Shown piece after piece: positions 1-8,730 of a DNA stretch of 16,261 bases. Position numbers and translations under genes: made by a program. The stretch lies in the IMG/VR virus record IMGVR_UViG_2529292919_000026, one strand, 5' to 3'. Source of the DNA: a virus. Taxonomy: Duplodnaviria > Heunggongvirae > Uroviricota > Caudoviricetes. Every line of letters begins with the position of its first letter. Position 1 is the first letter of the stretch. A model generated the notes under the pieces. The model saw only the letters and a program-made list of their open reading frames with translations, was not told where the DNA came from and searched no databases.

Positions 1-306
1 ATGCTGCGTACTGGTATAGAGGGATGGACAGAAAATGACATTCTTCGCTACTGCCGTCTGTCTTCTGGTCGTAACTATGCAACAGAGTTAGAACGCCAGC
101 TTGGAATCACTCTGGAGCGTATCGACGAAAAGAATCCTGATGGTATCGGAACACACCTTCGCTACCGTTTCTCCTGCCGTGGTGATGTTCTGAAAGTGAT
201 CACTCATGTTAACCATCTTGCGAACATAAATGATCACAACGGACTTTCTCAGCAGGAAATTGCCGACATTCTGAAACTCTACCCGAACGCGTTTAACGCC
301 GCCTAA
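1..306 (+). CDS. hypothetical protein (101 aa)
   Basis: Uninterrupted ORF beginning at the first base of the window (ATG) and ending 12 nt before the next gene. No recognisable motif. The window also ends exactly on a stop codon, which suggests it was cut at gene boundaries and this CDS is complete. Confidence 0.45.
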   Translation: MLRTGIEGWTENDILRYCRLSSGRNYATELERQLGITLERIDEKNPDGIGTHLRYRFSCRGDVLKVITHVNHLANINDHNGLSQQEIADILKLYPNAFNAA

Positions 307-318
307 CGGAGACTGAAA

Positions 319-1152
319 ATGAACATCGAAAAAAGCAGATTAATTTCTGAGGCCGCCCCTCATCTGAACGCCTCTCTGGGCACAATTAACGGTAATGAAT
401 TTGCCGCAATTGTCCCGGTTATTCCTGGTCATATCGGTGGGCGTGAAACCAATATTGTTAGCGCAAAAGCGTTACACAAAGCGTTGGGCGTGGGAAAAGA
501 CTTCTCTACATGGATCACTGATCGCATCTCTGAATATGACTTCACCATTGGGCACGATTACTCAGTCCATAAAACAATTTCCCCAAATTTGGGGAAAAGC
601 CCGAATGGCGCGGCTTACAGCAAGATAAAGCACTCTGGCAGACCCGGCAAAGACTATCTGTTAAGTGTCGGAATGGCGAAAGAACTGGCAATGATCGAAC
701 GCAATGATCAGGGTCGCGCTATCCGCCGTTATTTCATCCAGTGCGAGGAAGAATTACAGCGTACCGTGCCTGAAATCGCCGCCCGCTATCGTCGCCAGCT
801 AAAAGCCCGTATTAGTGCCGCAAACAACTTTAAGCCAATGTGCGATGCGCTGAATATGGCCCGTGCCGAGATGGGGAAAATGACGCAGCAACACCACTAC
901 ACAAACGAGAGCAATATGATTTCTCGTATCGTTCTTGGTGGGCTAACTGCTAAGCAGTGGGCGCGGATAAATGGCTATTCTGGCGAACCTCGCGACCATA
1001 TGAACGCAGAACAGCTTGAGCACCTCTCATATCTCGAAAGCACCAATATCACGTTAATTGATATGGGCATGGAATATGAGCAGCGCAAAGGAGAACTCAC
1101 CCGCCTGTCGCAACGCTGGCTCGCCAAGCGTCTGGAGGCGCTCAATGTCTAA
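319..1152 (+). CDS. phage antirepressor, AntA-like N-terminal domain plus KilAC/ANT-like C-terminal domain
   Basis: 277-aa ORF with GGAGAC Shine-Dalgarno 6-8 nt upstream. C-terminal segment DYLLSVGMAKELAMIERNDQGRAIRRYFIQCEEEL matches the conserved AKELAM...RRYFI.CE signature I associate with phage antirepressor C-terminal domains. N-terminal part (IVPVIPGHIGGRETNIVSAKALHKALGV) resembles AntA-type domains. Family assignment is from memory. Confidence 0.7.
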   Translation: MNIEKSRLISEAAPHLNASLGTINGNEFAAIVPVIPGHIGGRETNIVSAKALHKALGVGKDFSTWITDRISEYDFTIGHDYSVHKTISPNLGKSPNGAAYSKIKHSGRPGKDYLLSVGMAKELAMIERNDQGRAIRRYFIQCEEELQRTVPEIAARYRRQLKARISAANNFKPMCDALNMARAEMGKMTQQHHYTNESNMISRIVLGGLTAKQWARINGYSGEPRDHMNAEQLEHLSYLESTNITLIDMGMEYEQRKGELTRLSQRWLAKRLEALNV

Positions 1153-1324
1153 GCCAACAGGAACACCACAACCACAAAAACGCTACAAAGATGCCCACGG
1201 AGCACTCGTTACTGTCGAAAGCGTGTCTCACAACCGAGTGACGTTTTATCGCGACGGGTATCAATCGCCATGCGTACAACCGCTGGCGCGTTTCATGAAG
1301 GAGTTCGCGGAGGTTAACCAATGA
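1145..1324 (+). CDS. small hypothetical protein (59 aa)
   Basis: ATG at 1145 overlaps the stop codon of the antirepressor (ATGTCTAA), and the stop overlaps the next gene's start (ATGA at 1321-1324), typical translational coupling. The track's longer 1058 start lies inside the upstream gene. Confidence 0.45.
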   Translation: MSKPTGTPQPQKRYKDAHGALVTVESVSHNRVTFYRDGYQSPCVQPLARFMKEFAEVNQ

Positions 1325-2388
1325 TACCCGTCCAGAAGAAGACATTTTCACTGGCTGGTATGTCGCCAAAATCCAGCAATATGACGGCAAAGTCAGGCAT
1401 TAATACAGCAGATACAAGCAAAGTTTATCATTTGCTGGTGGTCGGAACGGATGCCTTAACCATACCAGAAATCTCGGGCGATGATATTAGCATTGAGAAG
1501 GTCAGCGGCTGCGCCAGAAAATTTCTGGTCGTAGATGATGTCTTCCGCTCGCGTAGTGACTCCACAAAAACCTTCATCCGCGCGCGTGACGTTAACGAAA
1601 TGAGCGCGATGTACTGTGCATCTGGTGCTTCCAATAGCGAGTTTTCGGAGTCCATAAAAAAGAGCTTGCCGTTATGCGGCAACACGGTTTATGGTTATAA
1701 GGCACCTCATAAAACGGGTGCCGGGATTGGCGTCCTGGTAAATCGAATGGCGACATATGACGCGCCGAGCGTCTTTTTTTATGTCGTAGGTCTGACTCAC
1801 CCATTTTTTGGGCGTTGGTGTATAATCCAGCGCCTTTGTCAATCAATGGTGGCTCAGGCAGGGGCTTCTTCGGAAGCGCCGGTATCCATTCGAGCCGGTT
1901 ACGCCAACCCTGTCTGGGCTACCACCAGCGAAATTGGCGTTTCCGGTGGTAGCGTTACATGCTATCGAATGGAGGCTGCCACATGCTGGCTACTACCCCT
2001 ACCCAAAAACCGCAATTTATCTGGATTATCGCCGCAGTTCGCCGCGATTGCCCGACAATTACCGCCAGAATTCATCATATTGCTGCCGAGTCTGAACGCG
2101 ATGCTCGCCGTTCTCTGGTGCGCGATCACGTCTGCTTTTTTGCTGGTCGTATCCGCATGGAGGTGGCACATGATTAAAACCTACGATGTGCATATGGATC
2201 CCCTCGAACGCACAAGCCAGATCATCACACTGACAGAAGTGATTAACGACATTCTGGTGAGCAACTCTCCCTCACGAGACGAAAGACTGAAGGCGTTACT
2301 CGCGATATTGGATCTCGCCGTTCGTGACGTTCATTTCCTGCTGGAAGGTGGCGAAATGCCAGTAAAAACGGGGGCAACCAATGAATAA
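1321..2388 (+). CDS. hypothetical protein (355 aa)
   Basis: 355 codons without a stop in ~50% GC DNA is unlikely by chance. Start is coupled to the preceding gene by ATGA overlap. No recognisable domain. Contains a strong internal GGAGG-N5-ATG at 2160-2172 (see findings). Confidence 0.5.
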   Translation: MIPVQKKTFSLAGMSPKSSNMTAKSGINTADTSKVYHLLVVGTDALTIPEISGDDISIEKVSGCARKFLVVDDVFRSRSDSTKTFIRARDVNEMSAMYCASGASNSEFSESIKKSLPLCGNTVYGYKAPHKTGAGIGVLVNRMATYDAPSVFFYVVGLTHPFFGRWCIIQRLCQSMVAQAGASSEAPVSIRAGYANPVWATTSEIGVSGGSVTCYRMEAATCWLLPLPKNRNLSGLSPQFAAIARQLPPEFIILLPSLNAMLAVLWCAITSAFLLVVSAWRWHMIKTYDVHMDPLERTSQIITLTEVINDILVSNSPSRDERLKALLAILDLAVRDVHFLLEGGEMPVKTGATNE

Positions 2389-2575
2389 CTCAATTAATAC
2401 CCCTCGCCTTACGTCCGCACTTCAATTAATCGAGCAAGCAGCGGCTGTCCTGGTTGCTGTCAGTCTTTCGGCTGAAGAAATGGACGCTACTGATGTCGTG
2501 GATGCGATTAAAGCGTGCTCATCTTTGGTTAACGATGCCCGTGCAGAGCTGGTAATTCTTGGGGGTGAAAAATGA
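2381..2575 (+). CDS. small hypothetical protein (64 aa)
   Basis: ATG overlaps the stop of the upstream gene (ATGAATAA), and its stop overlaps the next start (ATGA at 2572-2575). Confidence 0.55.
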   Translation: MNNSINTPRLTSALQLIEQAAAVLVAVSLSAEEMDATDVVDAIKACSSLVNDARAELVILGGEK

Positions 2576-2835
2576 ATATCAACTTAATTTATCGTCATCC
2601 GTGTGAGCTGGAAATTGAATCATTGCTGAGCCGTGAAGAACCATATCCAGACACATTCACTCTTGCAGATCGCACGACTGAACGGCTTACCAGAGCGCGC
2701 ACAGGTCTGGTTCATGTGATGAATGAGATTCTTCCATCGGTGGGAGGGGAACAGGCGACAGTAATCACTAGCTGGCTACAAAAAGTTACCTCTCTGATAG
2801 ATATCAGTTTAATCGATGCGGAGAGTGCGAAATGA
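2572..2835 (+). CDS. small hypothetical protein (87 aa)
   Basis: Translationally coupled on both sides by ATGA overlaps (2572-2575 and 2832-2835). Confidence 0.55.
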   Translation: MNINLIYRHPCELEIESLLSREEPYPDTFTLADRTTERLTRARTGLVHVMNEILPSVGGEQATVITSWLQKVTSLIDISLIDAESAK

Positions 2836-3053
2836 CCAACATCCAGCTCATTGAAGCGCAATGTCGCATCGAACAGGTTCAGACTGTTTTAGGGTTCTGG
2901 CTTGAAGGGGCCAGCCCCAGCAACAGAGACAAGTTAATGATTGGCGCGGTTATGTCACTGCTCAATGGCGTACCAGAAGCTATTCAGGAAGCAGACGAAT
3001 TGTTGGGCAAATATGAGTTACAGAATCATTCAGGCGAGGCGAAACATGAATAA
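2832..3053 (+). CDS. small hypothetical protein (73 aa)
   Basis: Coupled to neighbours. Stop overlaps the next start in ATGAATAA at 3047-3053. Confidence 0.55.
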   Translation: MTNIQLIEAQCRIEQVQTVLGFWLEGASPSNRDKLMIGAVMSLLNGVPEAIQEADELLGKYELQNHSGEAKHE

Positions 3054-3648
3054 TTTCTTAACTTTCCAGGCAGAAGCAACGCCTGACGGCGTAAACATCA
3101 TGCACCGCAGCAACGATGGCATGACAGAACGCGTTGAGACCGTCTCATATATTGATGCCGTAAATCGTCTGGATGCCGGGGATTATGACGATAAACCAGA
3201 TGAAGGTATGTCAATACATCTCGCTATTGCCGATGGCGGCAACCAGGGATATTTCGATTACACATCACAGCATAACGTCATTATGTGGAGATGGTTGATC
3301 GCAACAGTATTCATGCTGGAAATGAGAGAGGAAAACGGCACTGTCAGCATCATTGATGATACTGGCAATCCTTCCGAAGTGGCTGTTTATTCCAACGGCA
3401 TCGTCGCCATGCCGCTGTATCCAGTAGCAGAGCGCCTCGCTATGGCAAACAACATTGAGGGCGCGATGATAGAACGTTTTGGCATCGAGTCTGGCACAGA
3501 ACGCTCCATCATTTTCTACAGAGCCATGATGGATGTGGAACAAGGAGCACTGACTCCATTTGGTCGTGAAACGCTTGCTGAACTTCACAACAGCTTTATA
3601 GCTGAACTGAATGAAAACGGCATGCCATCGGAACCAGTGACGCACTGA
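3047..3648 (+). CDS. hypothetical protein (200 aa)
   Basis: ATG at 3047 overlaps the upstream stop. The track ORF extends to 2941, but that start lies inside the upstream gene, so the coupled ATG at 3047 is preferred. Acidic protein with no recognisable motif. Confidence 0.55.
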
Positions 3649-3658
3649 GGATGGAACC

Positions 3659-3742
3659 ATGATTACTAAAAATTTCCGACTGAATGCGCTGGCAAATAAG
3701 TATGCGTCAGCACTGTATAACCACATTACCTCCACCAGCGGC
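3659..3742 (+). pseudogene. N-terminal fragment (28 codons) of a small gene split by IS insertion
   Basis: GAGGA Shine-Dalgarno 7 nt upstream of ATG 3659. Reading frame MITKNFRLNALANKYASALYNHITSTSG runs into the IS left end. After removing the IS and one copy of the duplication the frame continues exactly into 5301-5558. Confidence 0.7.
3734..3742. repeat. left copy of 9-bp target-site duplication ACCAGCGGC
   Basis: Identical to 5292-5300. The last C is shared with the first base of the IS terminal repeat, so the junction is ambiguous by 1 nt. Confidence 0.75.
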
Positions 3743-3760
3743 TGTCTCTTATACACAAAT
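3742..3760 (+). repeat. IS left terminal inverted repeat (outside-end-like)
   Basis: CTGTCTCTTATACACAAAT, 17/19 match to Tn5 OE. Confidence 0.8.
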
Positions 3761-3906
3761 CCCCACCCGGGGATTTGTGATGTCTGTCAGTCTGCTTTAG
3801 GGGGACTCTTTCCATCCGGTAGTTTCCTTCCTCCCCGGCAGCGATTTTTTGAACTTTTTCCTCACCCGTTGATCTTCTCTTATATTTCATTTTCTTCGGG
3901 TCTGTT

Positions 3907-5280
3907 ATGGTACTTTCTGATTGTTATTCATGGGCTAACGAGCAGTTTGGACATGCCCGTCTCGGTGATCCGCGTCGTACACGACGCCTTGTGTCACTGG
4001 CCTCTTCTCTCGCTCAGCATGCAGGTCTTTCTATTGTGAAATCATCCCAGTCCACTGCTCAGGTTGAAGGTGCGTACCGCCTGATACGTAACCCGTCTGT
4101 GTCCCCGCAAGCCATTGCCGAAGCCGGATTTACCGCCACTGTAAGGGCATGTGAGGCTCATCCGCTGCTCCTCGCGCTGGAAGACACCACCACCATTAAC
4201 TTCAGTCACAGTACGGCATCTGATGACCTGGGGAATACCACCACTAACCCGAAGACGCGCGGGCTGCTGGCTCACTCTGTCCTGATGTACGCCCCCGACA
4301 GCGCCCTGCCAGTCGGTCTTATCGAACAGCAGCGCTGGAGTCGTGCCACGGACACCTACGGTGTTAAGCACCAGCGAAAAGAACGTCCCTATGAAGAAAA
4401 AGAAAGTTACCGCTGGCAGCAGGCTTCGGAGCGCATGGCCGAACGGCTGGGGGAGATACAGAAACGGGTAATCACTGTCTGTGACCGGGAAGCGGATATC
4501 TGGCATTACCTGCATTATAAAGTCAGCCACGGGCAGCGCTTCGTGGTGCGTGCAGCACAGAATCGCCGGCTGGAAGAAGCACCCGGCAAGCTCTTCGAAC
4601 TGCCGGAAGTCCTGGCAACCGCGGGAAGCCACACGCTGAATGTGATGCAAAAAGGCGGGCGGGCAGCCCGCCAGGCCCGGATGTTCATCAGTTACAGCGA
4701 AGTCAGCATAAAAAATCCCGACAACAGCGGCCAGGCGCTCCCGCTCACGTATGTCTGTTGCCGGGAGCAGGCAGAGGACGGCGCCTGCTGGCATCTGCTG
4801 ACGTCAGAAAAAGTGGCGAGTGCCGCCGATGCGCGACGTATCGTCAGCCATTACGAGCGACGCTGGCTGATAGAGGAATACCACAAGGCGTGGAAAAGTG
4901 GTGGTACATGTGTGGAATCGCTGCGAATGCAGACCCGGGATAACCTCGAGCGCATGGTGGTTATCAAGGCGTTTATCGCGGTGCGGGTGCTGGGCCTGCG
5001 GCAGGGCGGTATCAGTGAAGAAACACAAAATGACAGCTGTGAGAAAATACTGACGCCGACAGAGTGGAAACTGCTGTGGGTTAAGCTGGAAGGAAAACCG
5101 CTTCCGTCACAGATGCCGACACTGAAATGGGCCTGTCTGAAACTGGCGAAACTGGGGCGATGGCATGACAGCAAACGCACCGGTCGCCCCGGTTGGGTAG
5201 TCATGTGGGATGGCTGGTTCAGACTTCAGGATATGGTTGAGGGTTACCTGGTGATGAAGTCTCTTGATCAGGAGATCTGA
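3907..5280 (+). CDS. tnp: IS4-family DDE transposase, Tn5 Tnp-like (457 aa)
   Basis: Clear collinear similarity to Tn5 transposase: GDPRRT.RLV, EGAYR.IRNP.VS, L(A/L)(I/L)EDTT, VCDREADI, RFVVR, RW.IEE(F/Y)HKAWK(T/S)G and DNLERMV...A(V/I)R.L.LR blocks, including the catalytic D, D, E positions. Stop codon lies inside the right terminal repeat. Confidence 0.85.
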   Translation: MVLSDCYSWANEQFGHARLGDPRRTRRLVSLASSLAQHAGLSIVKSSQSTAQVEGAYRLIRNPSVSPQAIAEAGFTATVRACEAHPLLLALEDTTTINFSHSTASDDLGNTTTNPKTRGLLAHSVLMYAPDSALPVGLIEQQRWSRATDTYGVKHQRKERPYEEKESYRWQQASERMAERLGEIQKRVITVCDREADIWHYLHYKVSHGQRFVVRAAQNRRLEEAPGKLFELPEVLATAGSHTLNVMQKGGRAARQARMFISYSEVSIKNPDNSGQALPLTYVCCREQAEDGACWHLLTSEKVASAADARRIVSHYERRWLIEEYHKAWKSGGTCVESLRMQTRDNLERMVVIKAFIAVRVLGLRQGGISEETQNDSCEKILTPTEWKLLWVKLEGKPLPSQMPTLKWACLKLAKLGRWHDSKRTGRPGWVVMWDGWFRLQDMVEGYLVMKSLDQEI

Positions 5281-5291
5281 TCAAGAGACAG
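5273..5291 (-). repeat. IS right terminal inverted repeat (inside-end-type)
   Basis: Reverse complement is CTGTCTCTTGATCAGATCT, 19/19 with Tn5 IE. Confidence 0.85.
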
Positions 5292-5558
5292 ACCAGCGGC
5301 GGGGACTATTTCATGATTGATGCGGACGGAGAGGCCGTACGTGTGGAAATCGTCAATGGAGTAAAAGGCGTTCGCAGCCTGATCGATAGTTACGCACTGG
5401 CAGCCATGAAAGTGTTCTACCCGCAGTGGGAAACCGTGGGGATCGAGCTTCTTGATCGTTGCGTCACTAAGGACAGATTGACTGACGTCGGGCGTGAGAT
5501 ATGGCAAAGCATGGTTAATGACATGGGCGCAACTGTAGCGGGAGGTTCTCATGCGTGA
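5292..5558 (+). pseudogene. C-terminal fragment of the IS-split gene (the 5313-5558 track ORF is its in-frame tail)
   Basis: Starts with the right copy of the duplication ACCAGCGGC (encoding T-S-G, the same three residues that end the N-terminal fragment). Frame continues G-D-Y-F-MIDADGEAV... to TGA 5556-5558. Reconstructed intact protein would be about 113 aa. Confidence 0.7.
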
Positions 5559-5922
5559 AAATGCAGAAATGGCGCTTAGCTCCGCAATCGGAGAGCAGGT
5601 GGCAAAGATTGCTGGTGCTGTGTGGATTCATAACCTTCATTCTACTGGTGAAGAGAAAATGGCAATTCAGACGCCAGAGGGACGCACTATTACTACATCT
5701 CTGAAGCCGTCAGATGTTTGTGATCTGATTTGCGCATTCATGTACCCAGCAATGAGGACTGTCCACGGCGATAAGTGGAAACTTGCGACAACCGCTGAAT
5801 TTGATATGTGGCTAAACAATGATGGCATGCTGACTGATTACGGAATAACCAAGTGGCAGATGCTGGTTAGCCATATCGCAAACGCTATAGACCACGTGGG
5901 GTACGGTGATGCGAAACATTGA
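5551..5922 (+). CDS. hypothetical protein (123 aa)
   Basis: GGAGG at 5541-5545, five nt before ATG 5551. Start overlaps the stop of the split gene (ATGCGTGA). Its 3' end overlaps the primase start. Confidence 0.55.
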   Translation: MRENAEMALSSAIGEQVAKIAGAVWIHNLHSTGEEKMAIQTPEGRTITTSLKPSDVCDLICAFMYPAMRTVHGDKWKLATTAEFDMWLNNDGMLTDYGITKWQMLVSHIANAIDHVGYGDAKH

Positions 5923-8665
5923 TCTTATCCGTCAGGTTATCAGTGCGTCTGAAAACAACTGGCCTCATGTGCTGGGCTGCCTGAACATAAATGTCCCTGA
6001 CTCTCCGCGCCGTCATGCTCCCTGCCCTGCATGTGGGGGCAAAGATCGATTCCGGTTCGATGACAACGGGCGCGGTAGCTTCATCTGTAATCAGTGCGGC
6101 GCTGGTGATGGGCTGGATTTAATTAAACGCGTAAATAACTGCGACACAACAGAGGCGGCGCTGCTTGCCGCTGATGTTCTGGGTATTGATTACCGGACAA
6201 CGGAAACACCAGAAGCCACCAGCCAGAAACGGGAACAACTGGAAACCGAGCGCCAGCAACGCGAACAGGAGCGCCTGAAAAGGGCGGAGAAGGACGAACA
6301 ACAAAGACGGGATACGTTTTCCCGTCAGTTTGATGACATGCGCAGAAAGGCTGTAAACGGCAAATCTGATTATCTGGTTGCGAAAGGGGTAGGTGATTTT
6401 ACATTCCCCGTGTTGCCCGATGGATCTCTGTTGCTGGCGCTGGTGGATAAATCCGGCGCAGTCACAGCAGCACAGACTATTACCTCACATGGTGAAAAAA
6501 GACTCCTGACAGGTTCAGCAAAGCGGGGGGCATATCACGCCATAAACGCACCAGAAACAACACAGAGCATCTTAATCGCAGAAGGGCTGGCAACGGCATT
6601 ATCTGCCCATTTAATTCGTCCAGAGGCGCTGACAGTGGCGGCGATTGATGCCGGGAACCTGTTATATGTCGCCCAGGTACTGCGGGATAAATTTCCTTCA
6701 GCACAAATCATCATTGCTGCGGATAACGACCACAGCGAAGGAAGACAAAACACGGGGAGAATAGCAGCAGAAAAAGCAGCTTTATCTGTTTCTGGATGGG
6801 TGGCATTACCCCCGACAGGTCACAAAGCAGACTGGAATGATTACCACCAAAAACACGGCATTAAATGCGCCACAGAAGCGTTCAATAAGTCAATGTACCA
6901 ACCACAGGGTAATGGCGTGAAACAGGAGCCACAGACCATTGAGGGAAGCGATTTTAAGGTTATGGATACCGACCCACTGAAACCAAGAATAGAAAGCCGC
7001 GAGGATGGTATTTATTGGGTATCTCCGAGAGCTGACAGCCAGAGTGGAGAAATCATCAATAACGAAAGCTGGTTATGTTCTCCGTTAAGCGTTATCGGTA
7101 CTGGCAGAGACGATAAAGACCAGTATCTCATTCTTCGCTGGCTGTCGTTTGGTTCTGAAACGCCGACAACCGCTGCCATTCCACTGGCTGATATTGGTGA
7201 ACGTGAAGGATGGCGCACACTTAAAGCTGGTGGGGTAAATGTCACGACCAAAAGCAGCCTCAGAGCAATACTGGCAGACTGGCTACAACGCAGTGGCTCT
7301 CGTGAATTGTGGCGTGTTGCTCATGCCACTGGCTGGCAATGCGGAGCGTACATCATGCCTGATGGGGAAATCATCGGAACACCTGAAAATCCTGTGCTGT
7401 TCAGCGGGAGAAGCTCAGCCGCAGCCGGATATACCGTCTCAGGGAGCGCGCAAAGCTGGCGTGATAACGTGGCGCGTCTGGCCTTTGGTAACTATTCAAT
7501 GATGACCGGGATCGGCGCAGCACTGGCAGCACCATTGATTGGGCTGGTGGGCGCTGACGGGTTCGGCATTCATTTCTATGAGCAGTCGAGCGCAGGTAAG
7601 ACCACCACGGCAAACGTGGCGAGCAGCTTATACGGCAACCCTGATTTACTGCGGCTGACGTGGTACGGAACCGCGCTGGGGCTGGCAAATGAGGCCGCCG
7701 CCCACAATGACGGACTAATGCCGCTTGATGAAGTTGGTCAGGGCGCTGATCCTGTCAGCGTTTCACAGTCTGCCTATGCGTTATTTAACGGTGTAGGGAA
7801 ACTGCAAGGCGCTAAAGATGGTGGAAACCGGGATCTAAAACGCTGGCGTACAGTGGCAATCAGCACCGGAGAAATGGATTTAGAAACATTTATCGCTACT
7901 TCCGGGCGAAAAACCAAAGCCGGGCAACTGGTGCGACTGCTGAATATTCCGTTGAGTAAAGCAGTACGCTTTCACGATTACCAGAACGGAAAACAGCACG
8001 CAGACGCACTGAAAGACGCTTACCAGCATCACCATGGCGCAGCCGGGCGTGAGTGGATTAAATGGCTGGCAGACCACCAGCAACAGGCTATTAAAACTGT
8101 TCGTGATTGCGAAAGCAGATGGAGAAGCCTGATCCCACCCGATTATGGTGAGCAGGTTCACCGTGTAGCCGCGCGATTTGCCATTCTGGAGGCCGCATTG
8201 TTGTTAGGCGAGGTTGTAACAGGCTGGGATGCTCAGACATGCCGTGATGCGATACAGCACAGCTATAACGCATGGTTGCGCGAGTTCGGCACAGGTAACA
8301 AAGAGCATCAGCAGATTATTGAACAAACGGAGGCATTTCTTAATGCCTATGGGCTTAGCCGTTTTGCACCATTTCCATACAGCCCGGCAGATTTGCCCAT
8401 CAAAGATTTAGCCGGATACCGTCAGCGTGGAGAACATGACGAAAGCCCAATGATTTTCTACACATTCCCGGCCACATTTGAAAAGGAGATCGCATGTGGT
8501 TTCAACGCAAAACAGTTTGCTGAAGTGTTGAAAAAAGCCGGGATGCTAACCCCACCAAACAGCGGTCGTGGATACCAAAGAAAATCACCACGTATTCAGG
8601 GACGACAAATAAACGTTTATGTACTCAATTACCAGCCAGGAGATTATAACTCATCTGAAGAATGA
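5909..8665 (+). CDS. primase, zinc-ribbon + Toprim + DUF927/P4-alpha-like NTP-binding domain (about 918 aa)
   Basis: N-terminal CPACGGKDRFRF...FICNQCG zinc ribbon; Toprim-like acidic motifs (ILIAEGLATA, IIIAADNDHSEG); P-loop-like EQSSAGKTT near residue 555. Immediately followed by an iteron array. ATG at 5909 is preferred over the GTG at 5906 reported by the track. Confidence 0.8.
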   Translation: MRNIDLIRQVISASENNWPHVLGCLNINVPDSPRRHAPCPACGGKDRFRFDDNGRGSFICNQCGAGDGLDLIKRVNNCDTTEAALLAADVLGIDYRTTETPEATSQKREQLETERQQREQERLKRAEKDEQQRRDTFSRQFDDMRRKAVNGKSDYLVAKGVGDFTFPVLPDGSLLLALVDKSGAVTAAQTITSHGEKRLLTGSAKRGAYHAINAPETTQSILIAEGLATALSAHLIRPEALTVAAIDAGNLLYVAQVLRDKFPSAQIIIAADNDHSEGRQNTGRIAAEKAALSVSGWVALPPTGHKADWNDYHQKHGIKCATEAFNKSMYQPQGNGVKQEPQTIEGSDFKVMDTDPLKPRIESREDGIYWVSPRADSQSGEIINNESWLCSPLSVIGTGRDDKDQYLILRWLSFGSETPTTAAIPLADIGEREGWRTLKAGGVNVTTKSSLRAILADWLQRSGSRELWRVAHATGWQCGAYIMPDGEIIGTPENPVLFSGRSSAAAGYTVSGSAQSWRDNVARLAFGNYSMMTGIGAALAAPLIGLVGADGFGIHFYEQSSAGKTTTANVASSLYGNPDLLRLTWYGTALGLANEAAAHNDGLMPLDEVGQGADPVSVSQSAYALFNGVGKLQGAKDGGNRDLKRWRTVAISTGEMDLETFIATSGRKTKAGQLVRLLNIPLSKAVRFHDYQNGKQHADALKDAYQHHHGAAGREWIKWLADHQQQAIKTVRDCESRWRSLIPPDYGEQVHRVAARFAILEAALLLGEVVTGWDAQTCRDAIQHSYNAWLREFGTGNKEHQQIIEQTEAFLNAYGLSRFAPFPYSPADLPIKDLAGYRQRGEHDESPMIFYTFPATFEKEIACGFNAKQFAEVLKKAGMLTPPNSGRGYQRKSPRIQGRQINVYVLNYQPGDYNSSEE

Positions 8666-8684
8666 GCTTCTTCATGTGCGTAGA

Positions 8685-8730
8685 AAAGGTGTTGGTTCAG
8701 TTGGTTCAGTTGGTTCAATTTGTAAAGAGT
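8685..8730 (+). repeat. 46-bp segment perfectly inverted-repeated at 15899-15944
   Basis: AAAAGGTGTTGGTTCAGTTGGTTCAGTTGGTTCAATTTGTAAAGAG is the exact reverse complement of 15899-15944. Confidence 0.9.

Larger units (their letters stand above)
3742..5291 (+). mobile_element. IS50-like (IS4 family, Tn5-type) insertion sequence, ~1.55 kb, apparently intact
   Basis: Left terminus CTGTCTCTTATACACAAAT (3742-3760) differs from the Tn5 outside end CTGACTCTTATACACAAGT at 2 of 19 positions. Right terminus 5273-5291 is the exact reverse complement of the Tn5 inside end CTGTCTCTTGATCAGATCT, with two GATC Dam sites. Flanked by the direct repeat ACCAGCGGC, and carries one complete transposase ORF. Confidence 0.85.

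Noticed and set aside
1058-1144. Upstream extension of the 59-aa gene to the track start at 1058
   Set aside because: The extension lies wholly inside the antirepressor coding region in another frame; the ATG at 1145 overlapping the antirepressor stop is the more natural start.
1428-2177. ORFs 1428-1685 (-), 1592-1846 (-), 1962-2171 (-) and 1959-2177 (+)
   Set aside because: All lie inside the uninterrupted 355-codon + strand ORF and are shorter, with no start signals.
3265-3756. Minus-strand ORF of 163 aa
   Set aside because: Antisense to the coupled + strand gene 3047-3648 and runs into the IS end; no ribosome-binding site.
3659-4039. Track ORF of 126 aa
   Set aside because: It is the 28-codon N-terminal fragment of the split gene reading on into the IS left end and 5' UTR of the transposase, a fusion artefact of the insertion.
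4042-5204. Antisense and out-of-frame ORFs inside the transposase gene (4042-4794 -, 4758-4943 +, 4804-5028 -, 4851-5204 -)
   Set aside because: Shadow ORFs of a well-supported transposase; Arg/Pro-rich translations typical of antisense frames.
6119-8411. Short ORFs within the primase gene (6119-6304 -, 6480-6704 -, 6535-6753 -, 7012-7251 -, 7239-7502 +, 7401-7688 -, 7880-8161 -, 8091-8273 -, 8229-8411 +)
   Set aside because: Shadow ORFs embedded in a 919-aa gene with recognisable domains.
8656-8674. Hairpin TGAAGAA-TGAGC-TTCTTCA around the primase stop codon as a terminator
   Set aside because: No downstream T-tract; the iteron array follows immediately, so it is at most an mRNA 3' structure.
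8692-8718. Tandem 9-bp repeats as a possible CRISPR array
   Set aside because: Repeats are only 9 bp and directly abut with no spacers; each array is mirrored by inverted copies across an AT-rich spacer, which fits iterons, not CRISPR.
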